Assembly (NCBI RefSeq): GCF_004010195.1
Contig: NC_057752.1
Coordinates: forward strand, 6,959,802 to 7,023,801
DNA from: Chiloscyllium plagiosum
Taxonomy: Eukaryota
Reading direction: 5' to 3'
DNA: 64,000 nucleotides
How positions within the stretch are numbered: position 1 is the first letter of the stretch; every line of letters starts with the position of its first letter. The translations under genes and the position numbers were made by a program. The notes beneath the pieces were generated by a model. It searched no databases and was not told where the DNA came from. It worked only from the letters and a program-made list of their open reading frames with translations. This document shows, piece by piece, positions 12,538 to 25,319 of this stretch.

Positions 12538-12652
12538 GAGAAAGTAAGGACTGCAGATGCTGGAGATCAGAGTTAAAAAGCGTGGCACTGGAAAAGCACA
12601 GCAGGTCAGGCAACATCTGAAGAGCAGGAGAGTCGACATTTTGGGCATAAGT
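12538..12652 (-). mobile_element. Penelope pLTR fragment truncated within hammerhead stem II
   Basis: Same pLTR as 22751-22870 and 63390-63505, in reverse orientation. Confidence 0.7.
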
Positions 12653-14599
12653 TTGTTGCCCAAACTCAAACTTTGTGATATCTGAGTTTTTTTTCTGAAT
12701 GACAGGGACTGAAATTAATCACCTTATATCTGTTACTGAATCCAGGATACCCAATACTCTTGAAAGACCTCAAATAGTCATACACCTACCAGATTAGCCG
12801 CTTGTTTTTCCAATAACTCGTCAACTTGTGAAATAAATAAAGAAACAAATTACTGTATGCTTATTCAAGATTACATCTTATGTGACCAAGGCATTCATTC
12901 ATATTTAGGCTTTCTCCTAGTCATTCACTTCAATTGACACAATAACTCTTCCCCTAAAGTCTCCATTTTGTTCCAATCCACAGAATTTGTGACGAGGAGG
13001 ACAATGATATCAAAATAAGATTCATCCTTCTTTCATTTATCCAGAGTTTCTATAGAGGTTACAGCTGAAGATCAAGAAAACCCTGCAGAAATGTTATTCT
13101 GTTGTGTTTAACTATGTGACAAGTTGTGCTGTATCTTTTACAAAGTTGCTAGGCCACAGCAGCCTAGTGACACAGAGTGCAGAACTATTCCTGCAAATCC
13201 AGACAAAGTATGTTTACAATCTGTGTTGGGGCATGAAGAGACAGTGAGAAGATGAACCTCTGCCACAGCAGGGGCATCAACCTGAGCTTCTCTCCCAGGG
13301 CCCTAAGGCATTGCACAAATTTGTGGGAAGAGAGTTGGTGACTTAAAACATTTTGAGGACATATGAAAGCAAAGGCACATTTGTTCAAGGAGCAATTATA
13401 TATTCTAGACGTTGCCGCCTCTTTAAAGTATTTGACTCACGAGCATCTGTCCCTTGCAATATTTACAAGTACACCAGGTAATAAATACTTTAAAGAGATA
13501 CAAGGCTATGGGGAAAGAGCAGGGGAGTGCAATTTATCAGAAAGCTCTGCTAAAGAGTTGATAGAAGCACAATAATTTCCTTCCGTGATGTAACATTCTG
13601 TGTTCCTGACTTCAACATGTTTGTTCCCCTTCAACCCATTATGGCTTGGCTTTGAGAGGCTTCTAAGCCTCACTGAGTGAGGGAATTGAATTGGCACACA
13701 ACTGAAATGGCAATTTATTGAAAGACCAGAGTCATTTCTGCAGATTATGCAGCTTCCTCATACTTTCCTTGTTAACTCCTAATGATTGAAATGGACCTAC
13801 TCTTTGAGCTGGACTTTAACCTAAGTTCAACTCAGAACAAAAGTCAGTGAATACCCCTCCTTGCTGATAAGGTCTTGATCACATGTTTGGTCAATGTCTG
13901 TTATCTGTAGCTTTGAAACTCTTTGAGAGAAAGAGAAGTGGGTGGTTCAACAACATAACTAGATAGCTAGCTAAAAATATTGCAGCTACATTTCTATCCA
14001 ACCCATGATAATCATCAATTTAATTCACTAAAATAAAACAATAAAATCGTAGAATCTTATTGCACCACAGATATCTTGTCACAACTATGCCAGCTCTTTG
14101 AATGAACCACACACCCTAGCTTTTTTCCTTACCCTACAAAGGAGAAATCTGGCACAAATTATTCAAAATTTTGAATTTTCCTTTTATTGCAAATCCATTT
14201 TCTTTTCAGAGTTGTTTTCTTTATAATAACAAAAACGTGCAGTCAACGAAATTCCAATCACAGTCGTCTTTCTGTCATTTAATATCAATCTGTACATAGA
14301 TTATTGAGCAAGTGGGAGTTATTTAGGTTCACATTAAGGTACACTTTCAGAGCCAATTATTTCAGAGAACTCAATGATCAACAGAAAGACGGCTATTAGA
14401 AATGATAACTGGATAGACTGTAATCAAATGATTTTCCCAACTTCTCAGCAGAGACAATGAAGTTAGTTATCTGTTTCAACTGAATTTTAAATTCAGACCT
14501 GACAGACAATAAGGAAGGAGACAATGCCAATGCTGTGTCTGGTCATCCTTCCCTGGCACTCAACAGCTGTGTCTTGTTGGTAGCATTTTTGCTTCTGCG

Positions 14600-14820
14600 T
14601 CAGATTTGTGGGAACTCAAACCCTGTTCCAGAGAAGTCAGCGCATAATCCAGGCCAACTGAGGGAGTGCTACACTTTCAACACTGCTGTCTTTTGGATGA
14701 GACTCAAAACTGAAGGACTGCCTGCCTTTTCAGTTGAATACAAAAGATCCCTATGTAAAGAAACACAACAGAGTTCACCTTGGCTAATATTTATCCCTCG
14801 ATCATATAATCACTAGAAAA
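14600..14820 (+). mobile_element. Deu-SINE (SacSINE1-like) 5' part; continues at ~18151-18290 after a LINE insertion
   Basis: gagggagtgct...gtcttttggatgagac...aaaagatccc...aatatttatccctc core; the tail tacttcaaaaagatacttcattaactgcaaagcactttg lies at ~18200-18250. Confidence 0.65.
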
Positions 14821-17800
14821 AAAAATCTAGAAGTAAGAGTCGACTGATAACCATGAAACCATTGTCAATTGTCACAAAAACCCATCTGGTTCACTAATGT
14901 CCTTTAGGGAAGGAAATCTGCCATCCTTAGCTGGTCTGACTCCAGAGCCACAGCAATGTGGTTGACTCTCAACTGCCCCCTGAAATGGCCGAGCACGCCA
15001 CTCAGTTGTATGAATTGCTAGAAAGTCATAATAAAGAAGTGAAACCCGACAGACCACCTGGCATCGACCTTGGAACAGGAAAAGACAATGGCAAAAACAC
15101 AAACAGTCCTGTCGAGCATGCAGAGTCCTCCTTACCAACATCTGGGGGCTAGTGCTGAAATTGGGAGAGCTGTTTCACAGACTAGTCAAGCAACAGCCTG
15201 ACATAGTCATTCTTACCGAATCATACCTTACAGATAACTCCCCAGACACCACCATTACCATCCCTGTCCCACTGGCAGGACAGACCCAGCTGAGGTGGCA
15301 GCACAGCTGCCCTGGGAGTCTTTGATATGGGGTCCAGACCCCATGAAGTCTCATGGCTTCAGGTTAAACATGGGCAAGGAAACCTCTTACTGTCCTCCTT
15401 CGGCTATGAATCAGTACTCTTCCATGTTGAACAACACTTGGAGGAAGCACTGAGGGTGGCAAGGGTGCAAGATATACTCTGGGTCTGGGATTTCAACGTC
15501 CACCACCAAGAGTGGCTCGGCAGCAGTATTACTAATCGAGCTGGTTGGGTCCTAAAGGATATAACTGCTAGACTGGGTCTGCGGCAGGTGGTGAAGGAAC
15601 CAACAAGAGGGAAAACCATATGTGACCTCATCCTTACTAATCTGCTGGCTGCAGAAGCATCTGTCCATGACAGTATAGGTAAAAGTGGCCACTGTACTGT
15701 CCTTGTGGAGACCAAGTCCTGCCTTCACATTGAGAACACCCTCCATCGTGTTGTGTGACACTATCACTGTGCTAAATGGGACAGACTTTGAACCAATCTA
15801 GCAACTCAAGACTGAGCATCAACAGCAGCAGAATTGCACTCCAGCACAATCTGCAACCTCATGGCCTCACTCAACCATTACCATCAAGCCAGGGGATCAT
15901 CAACCCTTGTTCAATGGAGAGTGCAGGAAGGCATACCTAAAAATGAGGTGTCAACCTGGTGAAGCTACCAAACAGGACTACTTGCATGCCAAACGGCAAA
16001 AACAGCCAGTGATAGACAGAGCTAAGTGATCCCACAACCAACAGATTAGATCTAAGCTCTGCAGTCCTTCCACATCCAGTTGTGAATGGTGGTGAACAGT
16101 TAAACAACTCACTGGAGGAGGCAGCTCCACAAATATCCCCATCCTCAATGATGGAAGAGCCCAGCACATCAGTGCAAAAGATAAGGCTAATGCATTCACA
16201 ACAATCTTCAGTCAGAAGTGCCGAGTGGATGATCCATCTTGGACTACTCCAGTGGTCCCCAGATCACGGATAACAGTCTCCAGCCAAATCAATTCACTCC
16301 ACGTGATATCAAGAAACCACTGGAGGCACTGGATACTGCAAAGGCAATGGGCCCCGATAACATTCTGGCAATAGTACTGAAGACTTGTGCTCCAGAACTT
16401 GCTGCTTCCTTAGCCAAGCTCTTCCAGTACAGTTACAACACTGGCATCTACCCGACAATGTGGAAAATTGCCCAGGTATGTCCTGTACACAAAAAACAGG
16501 ACAAATCCCACCCAGCCAATTATCACCCAATCAGTCTACTCTCCATCATCAGTAAAGTGGTGGACGGGGTCATCAACAGCGCTATCAAGCAGCACCTGCT
16601 CAGTGATGCCCAGTTTGGGTTTCACCAGGGTCACTCAGCTCCTGACCTCATTACTGCCTTGGTTCAAACATGCACAAAAGAGCTGAATTCCAGAGGGGAG
16701 GCAAGAGCGACAGCCCTTGACAGCATTTGACTGAGTGTGGTATCAAGGAGCCCTGTCAAAACTGGAATCAATGGGGATCGGAGGTAAACACTCCATTGGT
16801 TAGAGTGATACCTGGCACAAAGGAAGATGGTTGTGATTGTGGAGGGTCAGTCATCTCAGGTTTAGGACATCTCTGCAGGAGCCCCTCAGGGTAGTGTCCT
16901 AGGCCCAACAATCTTCAGCTGCTTCACCAATGACCTTCCCTCTGTCATAAGATCAGAAGTGGGGATGTTCACCAATAACTGCATAGTATTCAGCACAATT
17001 CACGACTCCTCAAATACTGAAGCAGTGTGTGCATAAATACAAGATCTGGACAATATCCAAGCTTGGGCCGAAAAGTGGCAAGTAACATTTTCGCTACACA
17101 AATGCCAGGCAATGACCATCACCAATAAGAGACACTCTAACCACCACTCCTTGACATTCAACAGTATTACCATCACTGAATCCCCCACTGTCAACATTCT
17201 TGGGGTTACCATTGACCAGAAACTCAACAGGACTCACCACATAAACACAGTGGCTACAAGGACAGGTCAGAGACTAGGGATAACTCACCTCCTAACACCC
17301 CAAAGTCTGTCCACCAAATACAAGGCACAAGTCAGGAGCGTGATGGAATACTCCCCACTTGCCTGCATGAGTGCAGCTCTAACAACACTCAAGAAGCTTG
17401 ACACTATCCAGGACAAAGCAACTGGTTTGATTGGCACCACATCTACAAACATTCAATCCCTCCACCACCAGCGATCAGCACAGCAGTGTGTACTATCCAC
17501 AAGATGCACTGCAGAAATTCACCAAAGATAGTGGGCGGCACGGTGGCACAGTGGTTAGCACTGCTGCCTCACAGCGCCAGAGACCCGGGTTCAATTCCCG
17601 CCTCAGGCGACTGACTGTGTGGAGTTTGCACATTCTCCCCGTGTCTGTGTGGGTTTCCTCCGGGTGCTCCGGTTTCCTCCCACAGTCCAAAGATGTGCAG
17701 GTTAGGTGAATTGGTCATGCTAAATTGCCCCTAGTGTTAGGTATGGGTGGGTTGCGCTTCGACGAGGCAGTGTGGACTTGTTGGGTCGAAGGGCCTGTTT

Positions 17801-18150
17801 CCACACTGTAATGTAATCTAATCTAATCCTTAGACAGCACTTTCCAAACCTGTGACAACTTCCATCTAGAAGAACAAGGACAGCAGGTACTTGGGAACAC
17901 CACCACCTGCATGTTCCCCTCCAAGCCACTCACCACCCTGACTTGGAAATATACCGCTGTTCCTTCACAGTTGTTGGGTCAAAATCCTGGAACTCCCTCC
18001 CGACTAGTATTGTGGGTCAACCGACAGCAAGTGGACTGGAGCGGTTCAAGAAGGCAGCTCACCACCACCTTCTCAAGGGTAAATAGGGATGGGCTATCAA
18101 TGCTGGCCAGCCAATGACACTCAATTCCCACAAATGAATTTTAAAAAAAA
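14820..18150 (+). mobile_element. Near full-length, decayed CR1-clade LINE (APE endonuclease + RT), with nested V-SINE
   Basis: APE motifs (ILTESYL, DFNVHHQEW, DLILTN), RT motifs (KAMGPDNI, YHPISLLS, QFGF, PQGSVLGP), C-terminal YKAQVRSVMEYSPLA and A-tail at 18143-18150; many stops and frameshifts. Confidence 0.9.
17533..17826 (+). mobile_element. Full-length V-SINE (HE1-like)
   Basis: tRNA head GGTGGCACAGTGGTTAGCA...GGGTTCAATTCCC, V core tgtgtggagtttgcacattctccccgtgtctg..., CR1-like tail and (TAATC)n. Confidence 0.9.
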
Positions 18151-18567
18151 CTAGATCACTGAATTTCCATGCTTCCTTAAATTATAACAGTGGATTACAA
18201 CATTATAATACTTCAAAAAGATACTTCATTAACTGCAAAGCACTTTGATGTCCGGACGTTATGAGTGAGACTGTAAACATGTATGACTGTTTCCAACATA
18301 ATAGTAAGTTAGTACACTCAAAGTTTGTTTAAATTCGAATCTAACTGTTGAAACAGTGACACTTTATATACATTCTTGCCTTCTTGTACAAATTGCAATT
18401 GAAAAAGTGCAAACTTTCTGTCAATTGCATGAGTTCACTGGGTGACCACTTATTCAAGAACGGAATAGCTATTTAATTAGCAGCAGTTTAATTATCGTTC
18501 CAGTCACGTTTCCAAGAATTCTGAGCTTGTGCCCACTTGTCCTATATTCCTGGAACTTACTTCAACA

Positions 18568-18945
18568 AATAGAGTCATAGAGATGTACAGCATGGAAACA
18601 GACCCATCCATGCCAACCAGATATCTCAACCCAATCTAGTCCCACCTGCCAGCACCCGGCCCAAATGACTCCAAACCCTTCCTATTCATATACCCATCCA
18701 AAAGCCTCTTAAAGGTTGCAATTGTACTAGCCTCCACCACTTCCTCTGGCAGCTCATTCCATACACATACCACCCTCTGCATGAAAACGTTGCCCCTTAG
18801 GTCTCTTTTATATCTTTCCCTTCTCACCCTAAACCTATGCCCTCTAGTTCTAGATTCCCCGACTCCCAGGGAAAAGACTTTGCCTATTTATCCTATCCAT
18901 GCCCCTCATAATTTTGTAAACCTCTATAAGGTCACCCCTTAGCCT
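18568..18945 (-). mobile_element. CR1 LINE 3' end
   Basis: ORF 18636..18827 ...WNELPEEVVEASTIATFKRLLDGYMNRKG. Confidence 0.9.
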
Positions 18946-20038
18946 GTATTGAATTCTACTTTATCCATTTTCTTATTAATTGAATTTTACTGAAAAGAGA
19001 GGCAGGTTGCTGAAACTTTTCATCTTGCACTCACCAGGACAAACACAAGAATGCCAAATTTTAACTCTGGTGCTGAATGGATTACAAGATAATTTTGATT
19101 GGTTGAGGCCTGGCCATGGAGGAAGAAATGGAGAAATAAAAGTTCCACAAGTTTCTTGGTAATTCAAAAAAGGCACGAGGCTTGAACATGTTCCTTTCTC
19201 TGGAGGGAATGGGTCCCTATGTATGAATACATGCCGCTTAAAGCAAGCATAAGTGATCCATGTTAAAACCATGACTGATTATCTTAAACCAGACATGTAG
19301 TTATTAGTGCATTCAGGGCTGTTCAGCAACAGTGGATGTTTTTGTCTTGGGTTTTGCAAGCGAGTGTGGTTGAGTCCAGTCTGTACTCCATCTATTACAA
19401 ACAGCATAAAGAAAATGCTGTTTGATTCAATCAGCTAACTGCTGAGACGTACAGGCCAAATCCCTGGCATCTCAGCGACACTGAAATTCATACACATTCA
19501 TATTGCTCAATCATGTGCTATTATTTGGACACTAGTTATATCTCTTCTCAATTTTGCTTTTGAATATCAATCTATCTTCATATCACAACAAAGTTCTTCA
19601 GCATGATATGGGATTTATTTTGGAATAAATGAATATTAGATCATTATTTAACACATTTCATATTTTAGTTACTGTGCTGTTTTGTTCAGGGAGATTAACA
19701 CTGGGCAGTGGAACACTCTTGTGCCCAATGGGAGCATCATGCTTGGAGGTAAAAGTCTAGATCTAATCTAGACTCTGATTTCCAGCATCTGCAGTCCTCA
19801 CTTTTGCTGAGTTGAAGGTAAAAGTGTCTATCCTATTAAAAGAAGTGCTAGCAAGGGATTCTTTCAATGTCCTGTGTCTCAATCCAAAGACGTATTTTTA
19901 ACTATGTGCTTTTATATCATTATTGTCCAAGCATTTGTCTCAACAGAAATTAACAACAACTGCCATTTATTTTGACAGAAACATCCTTTTGTTGATGAAG
20001 ACAAAGATTTAACTGTATGCCTTGATCTTATGTGTTAC

Positions 20039-20125
20039 CTCTTGCTGCTGTTGCACCAGTTTCTTTGTACAGGCCTCTTTGGCTTCAGCAAATGAAACCC
20101 TCCTGGCATTGAATTTTGCATCTGC
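20039..20125 (-). CDS. LRRFIP-like gene, coding exon 2 (29 aa): ADAKFNARRVSFAEAKEACTKKLVQQQQE
   Basis: ctgtttctcctctAG|GCA ... GAG|GTAAC, phase 0/0. Same length as [35 protein letters not shown], about 13/29 identical by manual count. Confidence 0.9.
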
Positions 20126-20379
20126 CTAGAGGAGAAACAGGAGAGGAGTGAACCAGATCATCTACATCGGTCAACAAAAAATCAATAGCAGAAAGATTGA
20201 AGAGATTGGTCAATCTTGGTATCAGCACTAGCAGCAACAAACCACCAGCTTATCAACAAGTCTTTTTGGGCTACCCAAAATTGAAATTCTACCAGCAGCA
20301 ATGCAATCTTGTATGAATCTTTCTTCAGCACTGTTATTATAATGATCAACGGGCTGCATTCCCTTTTGCCAACAGGAGG

Positions 20380-20748
20380 CAGTGGCATAGTGGCGATGTC
20401 ATCAAAGACACCTCCCACCCCAGTAATGTTCTCCGACAACCTCTTCTGTCATGTTGAAGATGCAGAAGCTTGAACACACGCTCCAACAGGTTCAAGAATA
20501 GCTTCTTCCCTAACATTATTAGACTGTTGAATGGAATCACTAACTTCAAAAAATGTTGATCTTGCTAATATTGATCTGTTAATCTTGCTTCACGCACCTC
20601 CTGTGCAGTGTAACCCTGTATGCCTCGATCGATGTAAGCACTCTTTTATATGTATGTCCTTGTTTGCTATGATCTGCCTTTTTCGCAAAACAAAGCTTTT
20701 CACTGTACCTAGGTATACGTGACTACAATAAATCAAATCAAATCAAAT
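20380..20748 (+). mobile_element. Rex1/Babar-like LINE 3' end with (AATCA)n tail
   Basis: IKDTSHP...RSLNTRSNRFKNSFFPNIIRLLN and tail aataaatcaaatcaaatcaaat; a second copy lies on the minus strand at ~30455-30905. Confidence 0.7.
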
Positions 20749-21085
20749 GTCACTGGACTTGTAAACCAGAACCCCAGGTTAACGTTCTGGGGATAAGGGT
20801 TTGAATCGTACCATGGATGATGGTGAAATCTGAACTCAACAGAAAATTCTGGAATAAAAAGCGTGCGTCGTGATAACCAGATAACTGATGTTGATTGTTG
20901 TGAAAACCCATCTTGTTCAATAATGTCCTTTCAGGAAGGAAATCTACCATCCTGATCTGATCTGGCCTACATGTAACTCTAGACTCAAGCAATGTAGTTG
21001 ACTCTTAACTGCCCTCTGGTAATTAGGAATGAGCAATAAATGCAAGCCTAGGCAGTGATGACCACACTCCATGAATGAACAATTT
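20748..21085 (+). mobile_element. tRNA-derived SINE sharing its core and 3' tail with the LINE at 14820-18150
   Basis: tRNA-like head (cactggact...gggtttgaatcgtacc), core aaaacccatcttgttcaataatgtcctttcaggaaggaaatct, tail gcaataaatgc...ccatgaatgaa. A diverged minus-strand copy lies at ~60095-60320. Confidence 0.7.
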
Positions 21086-21984
21086 TTTAAAAATCCATTC
21101 TCAGATGAATTTGCTGTTGGGTTACACTAAAAGCTGGATTTCTTTTTTTCAGCTGACTGATGTTTTACCTTAAGGAGGTGTGTTAGCAGCTCTGCTGAGA
21201 ACAAATGAAATTTATCTCTCTTTCTGTAGGCCCCTTGTTAATCATTCAACCAAAATGCTACATGATATGATTGCACAGCTGGCATCAAGCTGCACACAAA
21301 CAAGCCAGCAAGGTGACTATTGAAATGCGACAGTGATCCAGACACATTTTTAGTGGTGCGTATAGTCAAACTGAGATTTGTGTAAAATTTCCGATAAAGA
21401 GAAAAGCAAGCACATAGTTTTTTAAAATTTTCATAACAGTTCTTGAAATCTGGTTGGGCTAAATTTCTGATGTTAAATATTCACTATGCAAAGTGCTTAT
21501 GGGGAACATTCATTATGCAATATGAAATGGCTCCGAGCCCATTAAATGCTGTCCCCCTCGGAAAAAATGAAACGATGTAGCTACTTCACAGTTTTGATAT
21601 CCCTACAATACAAACATCTACCTATATTCTTCAATTCTTCACACCCTATTCTCTCGATCACTTTACTAGACAAATCCCCTTCTCCATCGTGTATAACCTC
21701 AAGATTCCAAAGTGGCTAACTTTTGAAGTTGCTGTTTATTTGCCTTGAAGCACACGCAGATTGTTTCATGTAGTTAAGTAATCTTTTCGTGCCACATTTT
21801 CATGGTGCAGCCAAGCTTATCTTCCAAAATTATCAATGTTCATTTTAACAAGGGTCAGGGAAAGGTCCTTGAAACCATTTTTGCTTTTTGCAAATTTCTT
21901 ATTTTAAATGTGGGTCCATTCATTTGCCCATTTCTTTACCCATTTATCTTTTGAATTTGCACACAACAATAAACTATTTTGGAA

Positions 21985-22642
21985 TTTATCTTGAAGCAAG
22001 TCGAACCCAACATAGTATTGGATGACTACATACTTTAATTAGCTATTGTGCTAATTTAGATTTGTGAAGTTACTGCTGTGCAGTGGGACACCTCCACTTT
22101 TTGAATCCAGTGTCATTCTCACATCAGACTGAAACTGTAAATGCTAATATGAAAGATCCAGCAAGCCTCAACCTTATTTGTTCTCAAGGTGAGAACAGGC
22201 TCTCTTATAAAATCAGGGGGGTCAGAAACTGCACTCCCAAAGTAACTCTATCAAAAGTAGGCAATATTAGTCATAATGAGCCTCTCAATCCATTGATGCT
22301 ATTGCACAATAACTTTATCTTGAAGCAAGTCGAACCCAACATAGTATTGGATGACTACATACTTTAATTAGCTATTGTGCTAATTTAGATTTGTGAAGTT
22401 ACTGCTGTGCAGTGGGACACCTCCACTTTTTGAATCCAGTGTCATTCTCACATCAGACTGAAACTGTAAATGCTAATATGAAAGATCCAGCAAGCCTCAA
22501 CCTTATTTGTTCTCAAGGTGAGAACAGGCTCTCTTATAAAATCAGGGGGGTCAGAAACTGCACTCCCAAAGTAACTCTATCAAAAGCAGGCAATATTAGT
22601 CATAATGAGCCTCTCAATCCATTGATGCTATCGCACAATAAC
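21985..22642. repeat. Direct tandem duplication, 2 x 329 bp
   Basis: 21985-22313 and 22314-22642 are identical except for two T/C differences; ORFs 22083 and 22412 are offset by 329. Confidence 0.95.
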
Positions 22643-22737
22643 ATGGTGTACTGTCAAAGTTTTTAATACTACTTCTCTACTACAATTTCCCTTTATGAAG
22701 ACATTTTATACAAGCTTGGTTCATTTGTAGAATAGAA

Positions 22738-22870
22738 AGAATCAACGTTTCGGGCTTATGCCCGAAACGTTGATTCTCCTGCTCCTCGGATGTTGCCTGG
22801 CCTGCTGCGCTTTTCCAGCACCACACTTTTCAACTCTGGTCTCCAGCATCTGCAGTTCTCACTTTCTCCT
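22738..22870 (+). mobile_element. Penelope pLTR fragment starting with a perfect 18-bp fold-back at hammerhead stem II
   Basis: AGAATCAACGTTTCGGGC-TTAT-GCCCGAAACGTTGATTCT (22738-22777), followed by pLTR sequence. Confidence 0.8.
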
Positions 22871-23134
22871 CTTTTGAAGGATACTCTTGCCTCAAGGCAG
22901 AAGGTAATGGTTTGAAAACTCATTCCAAAGATCGTACAAAGGGAATTCTGCACTGCTGGTGGTGCCATCTTTCACAAAAGACCTTAAATGAATGCCATGT
23001 AAAGATTAAGTTTGGTTTCTGCAGTTTCTCTTGCTTATTTATTGCAATATTGATGGAAAACCAATAGAAACCCTGGACAAAATGACATACAAAAATATAA
23101 TCTCCATACTGCTTCACAATGGTCCCTGTGGCTC

Positions 23135-24945
23135 TGTTTTTATTCACTCATGGAACATTGCTGGCTGGCCAGCATTTTTGTTGCCCATTCCTAGCTGCCC
23201 TCGAGAAGGTGGTGGTGAGCTGTCTTGAACCGTTGCAGTGCACAAACTGTAGGTAGACCCACAATGCCCTTAGAGAGGGAATTTCAGGATTTTCGGGACT
23301 CAGTGACAGCGAAGGAACGGCAATACATTTCCAAGTCAGGATGGTGAATGACTTTGAGGGGAACTTGCAGAAGTGATGTCTGCTGCCCCTGTTCTTCTTG
23401 ATGGGAGGGTTTGTGGGTTTTGAAGGTGCTGTCTAAGTATCTTTGGTGAATTTCTGCAATGCATCTTGTAGATAGTACACGCTGCTGCTATGGAGAGTCA
23501 GTGGTGGAGGGAATGGATGTTTGTAGATGCAATGCCAATTAAGTGGGCTGCTTTATCCGAAATGGCGTCCAGCTTCTTGAATATTGTTGCCACTGCACCC
23601 ATTCAGGCAAGTGGGGAGTACTCCATCACACTCCTGACTTGGGCCTTGTAGATGGTGAACAGGCTTTGGGGAGTTACTTACTGCAGTATTCCTAGCCTCT
23701 GTTCTTGTAGCCACTGTGTTTATGTGGTGACTCCAGTTGAGCTTCTGGTCAATGGTAACCCCCAGGATGCTGATAGTGGGGGATTCAGAGATGCTAATAC
23801 TGTCAAAGGATGGTGATTAGACTGCCTCTTATTGGTGATGGTCAATGCCTGGCACTTATGTGTTGCGAATGTTACTTGCCACTTGTCAGCCCAAGCCTGG
23901 ATATTGTCCAAGTCTTGTTGCATTTGAACATGGGCTGCTTCAGTATCTGAGTCACAAATGGTGCCGAACATTGTGCCATCATTGGTAAACATCCCCACCT
24001 CTAACCTTATAGTCAAGTGAAGGTCATTGTTGAAGCAGCTGAAGATGGTTAGGCCTAGGATAGGACTCCTCCAGACTCCTGGAGCTGAGATGACTGACCT
24101 CCAACGACTATCTTCTGTTATGGACCAGACCAAACGCCCTCAAAACATATTAAGGAGATAGTCTAGACCCTAACTTTTATCTTATTCAAAGGCGCTGTGC
24201 TCCAGATATAATTCGATTAGTCAAATGATTCAGCTTTAAGTAAAACAGATTTTATTCTGACAATGAATCTAGCAACAGAGAGCGAGGTCAAGCTTTTTGC
24301 AGCAGCAGATAGAGAGCTGTATCTAGCAGCTTCAACTCCAAACACCCCAACTTCAACAACTGAAAGCAAAACTAAAACCCTGGATCTGTGTGAGCCTGAT
24401 TTCACCCACTTATGCTTCTTTTGTCTAAGTTTTTAAAAACCCAAAGCAAATTACTCTGCTTTCCATGGAGCAGACACCTCGTTACCAGGTTTACAACACC
24501 TCTCTTCAAGAGAGACAGAACATACCCCTCTTAAAGGCATGTATCATCACATTTCTTATGTGCCAGGTATGACTCCATCAGGTGGAGAATTTACCCCCTA
24601 GTACCCATTGATTCCAGTTTTGCCAAGGCTCCTTCATGTCACACTCGATAAAATGCATCATTGATGTCAAGGACTGTCACTCTCACCTCACCTGTCTATG
24701 TTTGAACTAAGGTTGTACTGAGGTCAGGAGATAAGTGGCCCTGGCAGAACCCAAATTGAGCAGGTTATTGCTGAGCAGGTGTTGCCTGATAGCACTGTTG
24801 ATGACACTTGCCCTCACTTTACTGATGATCGAGAGTAGACTGATGGGGTGGTAATTGGTCTGCTTTTTGTGTACAGGACATATTTGGGCAATTCTTCAAA
24901 GTCAGGTAGACGCCAGTGTTGTAACTATACAGGAAGAGCTTGGAA
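23135..24945 (-). mobile_element. Second CR1-clade LINE family, interrupted by solo LTR
   Basis: ORF 23720..24133 (IFSCFNNDL...QQDLDNIQAWADKWQVTF); 3' UTR at ~23135-23450. Confidence 0.85.
24116..24551 (-). mobile_element. Solo LTR (same family as 3784-4626)
   Basis: TGTTATGGACC...CATCACA termini; flanks CTTC/TTTC. Confidence 0.72.
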
Positions 24946-24954
24946 ACAATAAAT

Positions 24955-25237
24955 CCCTACAGTTTGGATGCAGGCCATTCAGCCCATCAAGTCCACATGG
25001 ACCCTCTGAAGAGCATCCCACCCAGACCCAATCTTCTACCGTATCCTTGTAACCCTGCATTTTCCATGGCTAATCAACCTAGCCTGCACATCTTTGGACT
25101 GTGGGAGGAAACTGGAGCACACAGACACAGGGAGAATGTGCAAGCTTCAAACAGACGGACACCCAAAGGTGGAACTGAACCCAGGTCCCTGGTGCTATAA
25201 GGCAGCAGTACTAACCACTGAGCCACCGTGCCACCCT
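24955..25237 (-). mobile_element. Diverged V-SINE
   Basis: Reverse complement of the tRNA head and V core. Confidence 0.8.
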
Positions 25238-25319
25238 AAAGGCATTGTATTTTTCTATATATCCTCTTGCAATAATGCAGTTAGTAGACATTACAGTTTC
25301 TTCTGGATTTATCATAGAT

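Noticed and set aside
17533..17605. tRNA-like sequences (also 44769, 59170-59244, 9410)
   Set aside because: They are SINE heads followed by SINE cores and tails, not tRNA genes.
21160..21275. Possible alternative first exon of the LRRFIP-like gene (donor AAG|GTAAAA)
   Set aside because: No in-frame ATG before a stop in the required phase.
22083..22666. Duplicated 84-94 aa ORFs
   Set aside because: GTG-started by-products of the 329-bp duplication, with no coding signature.
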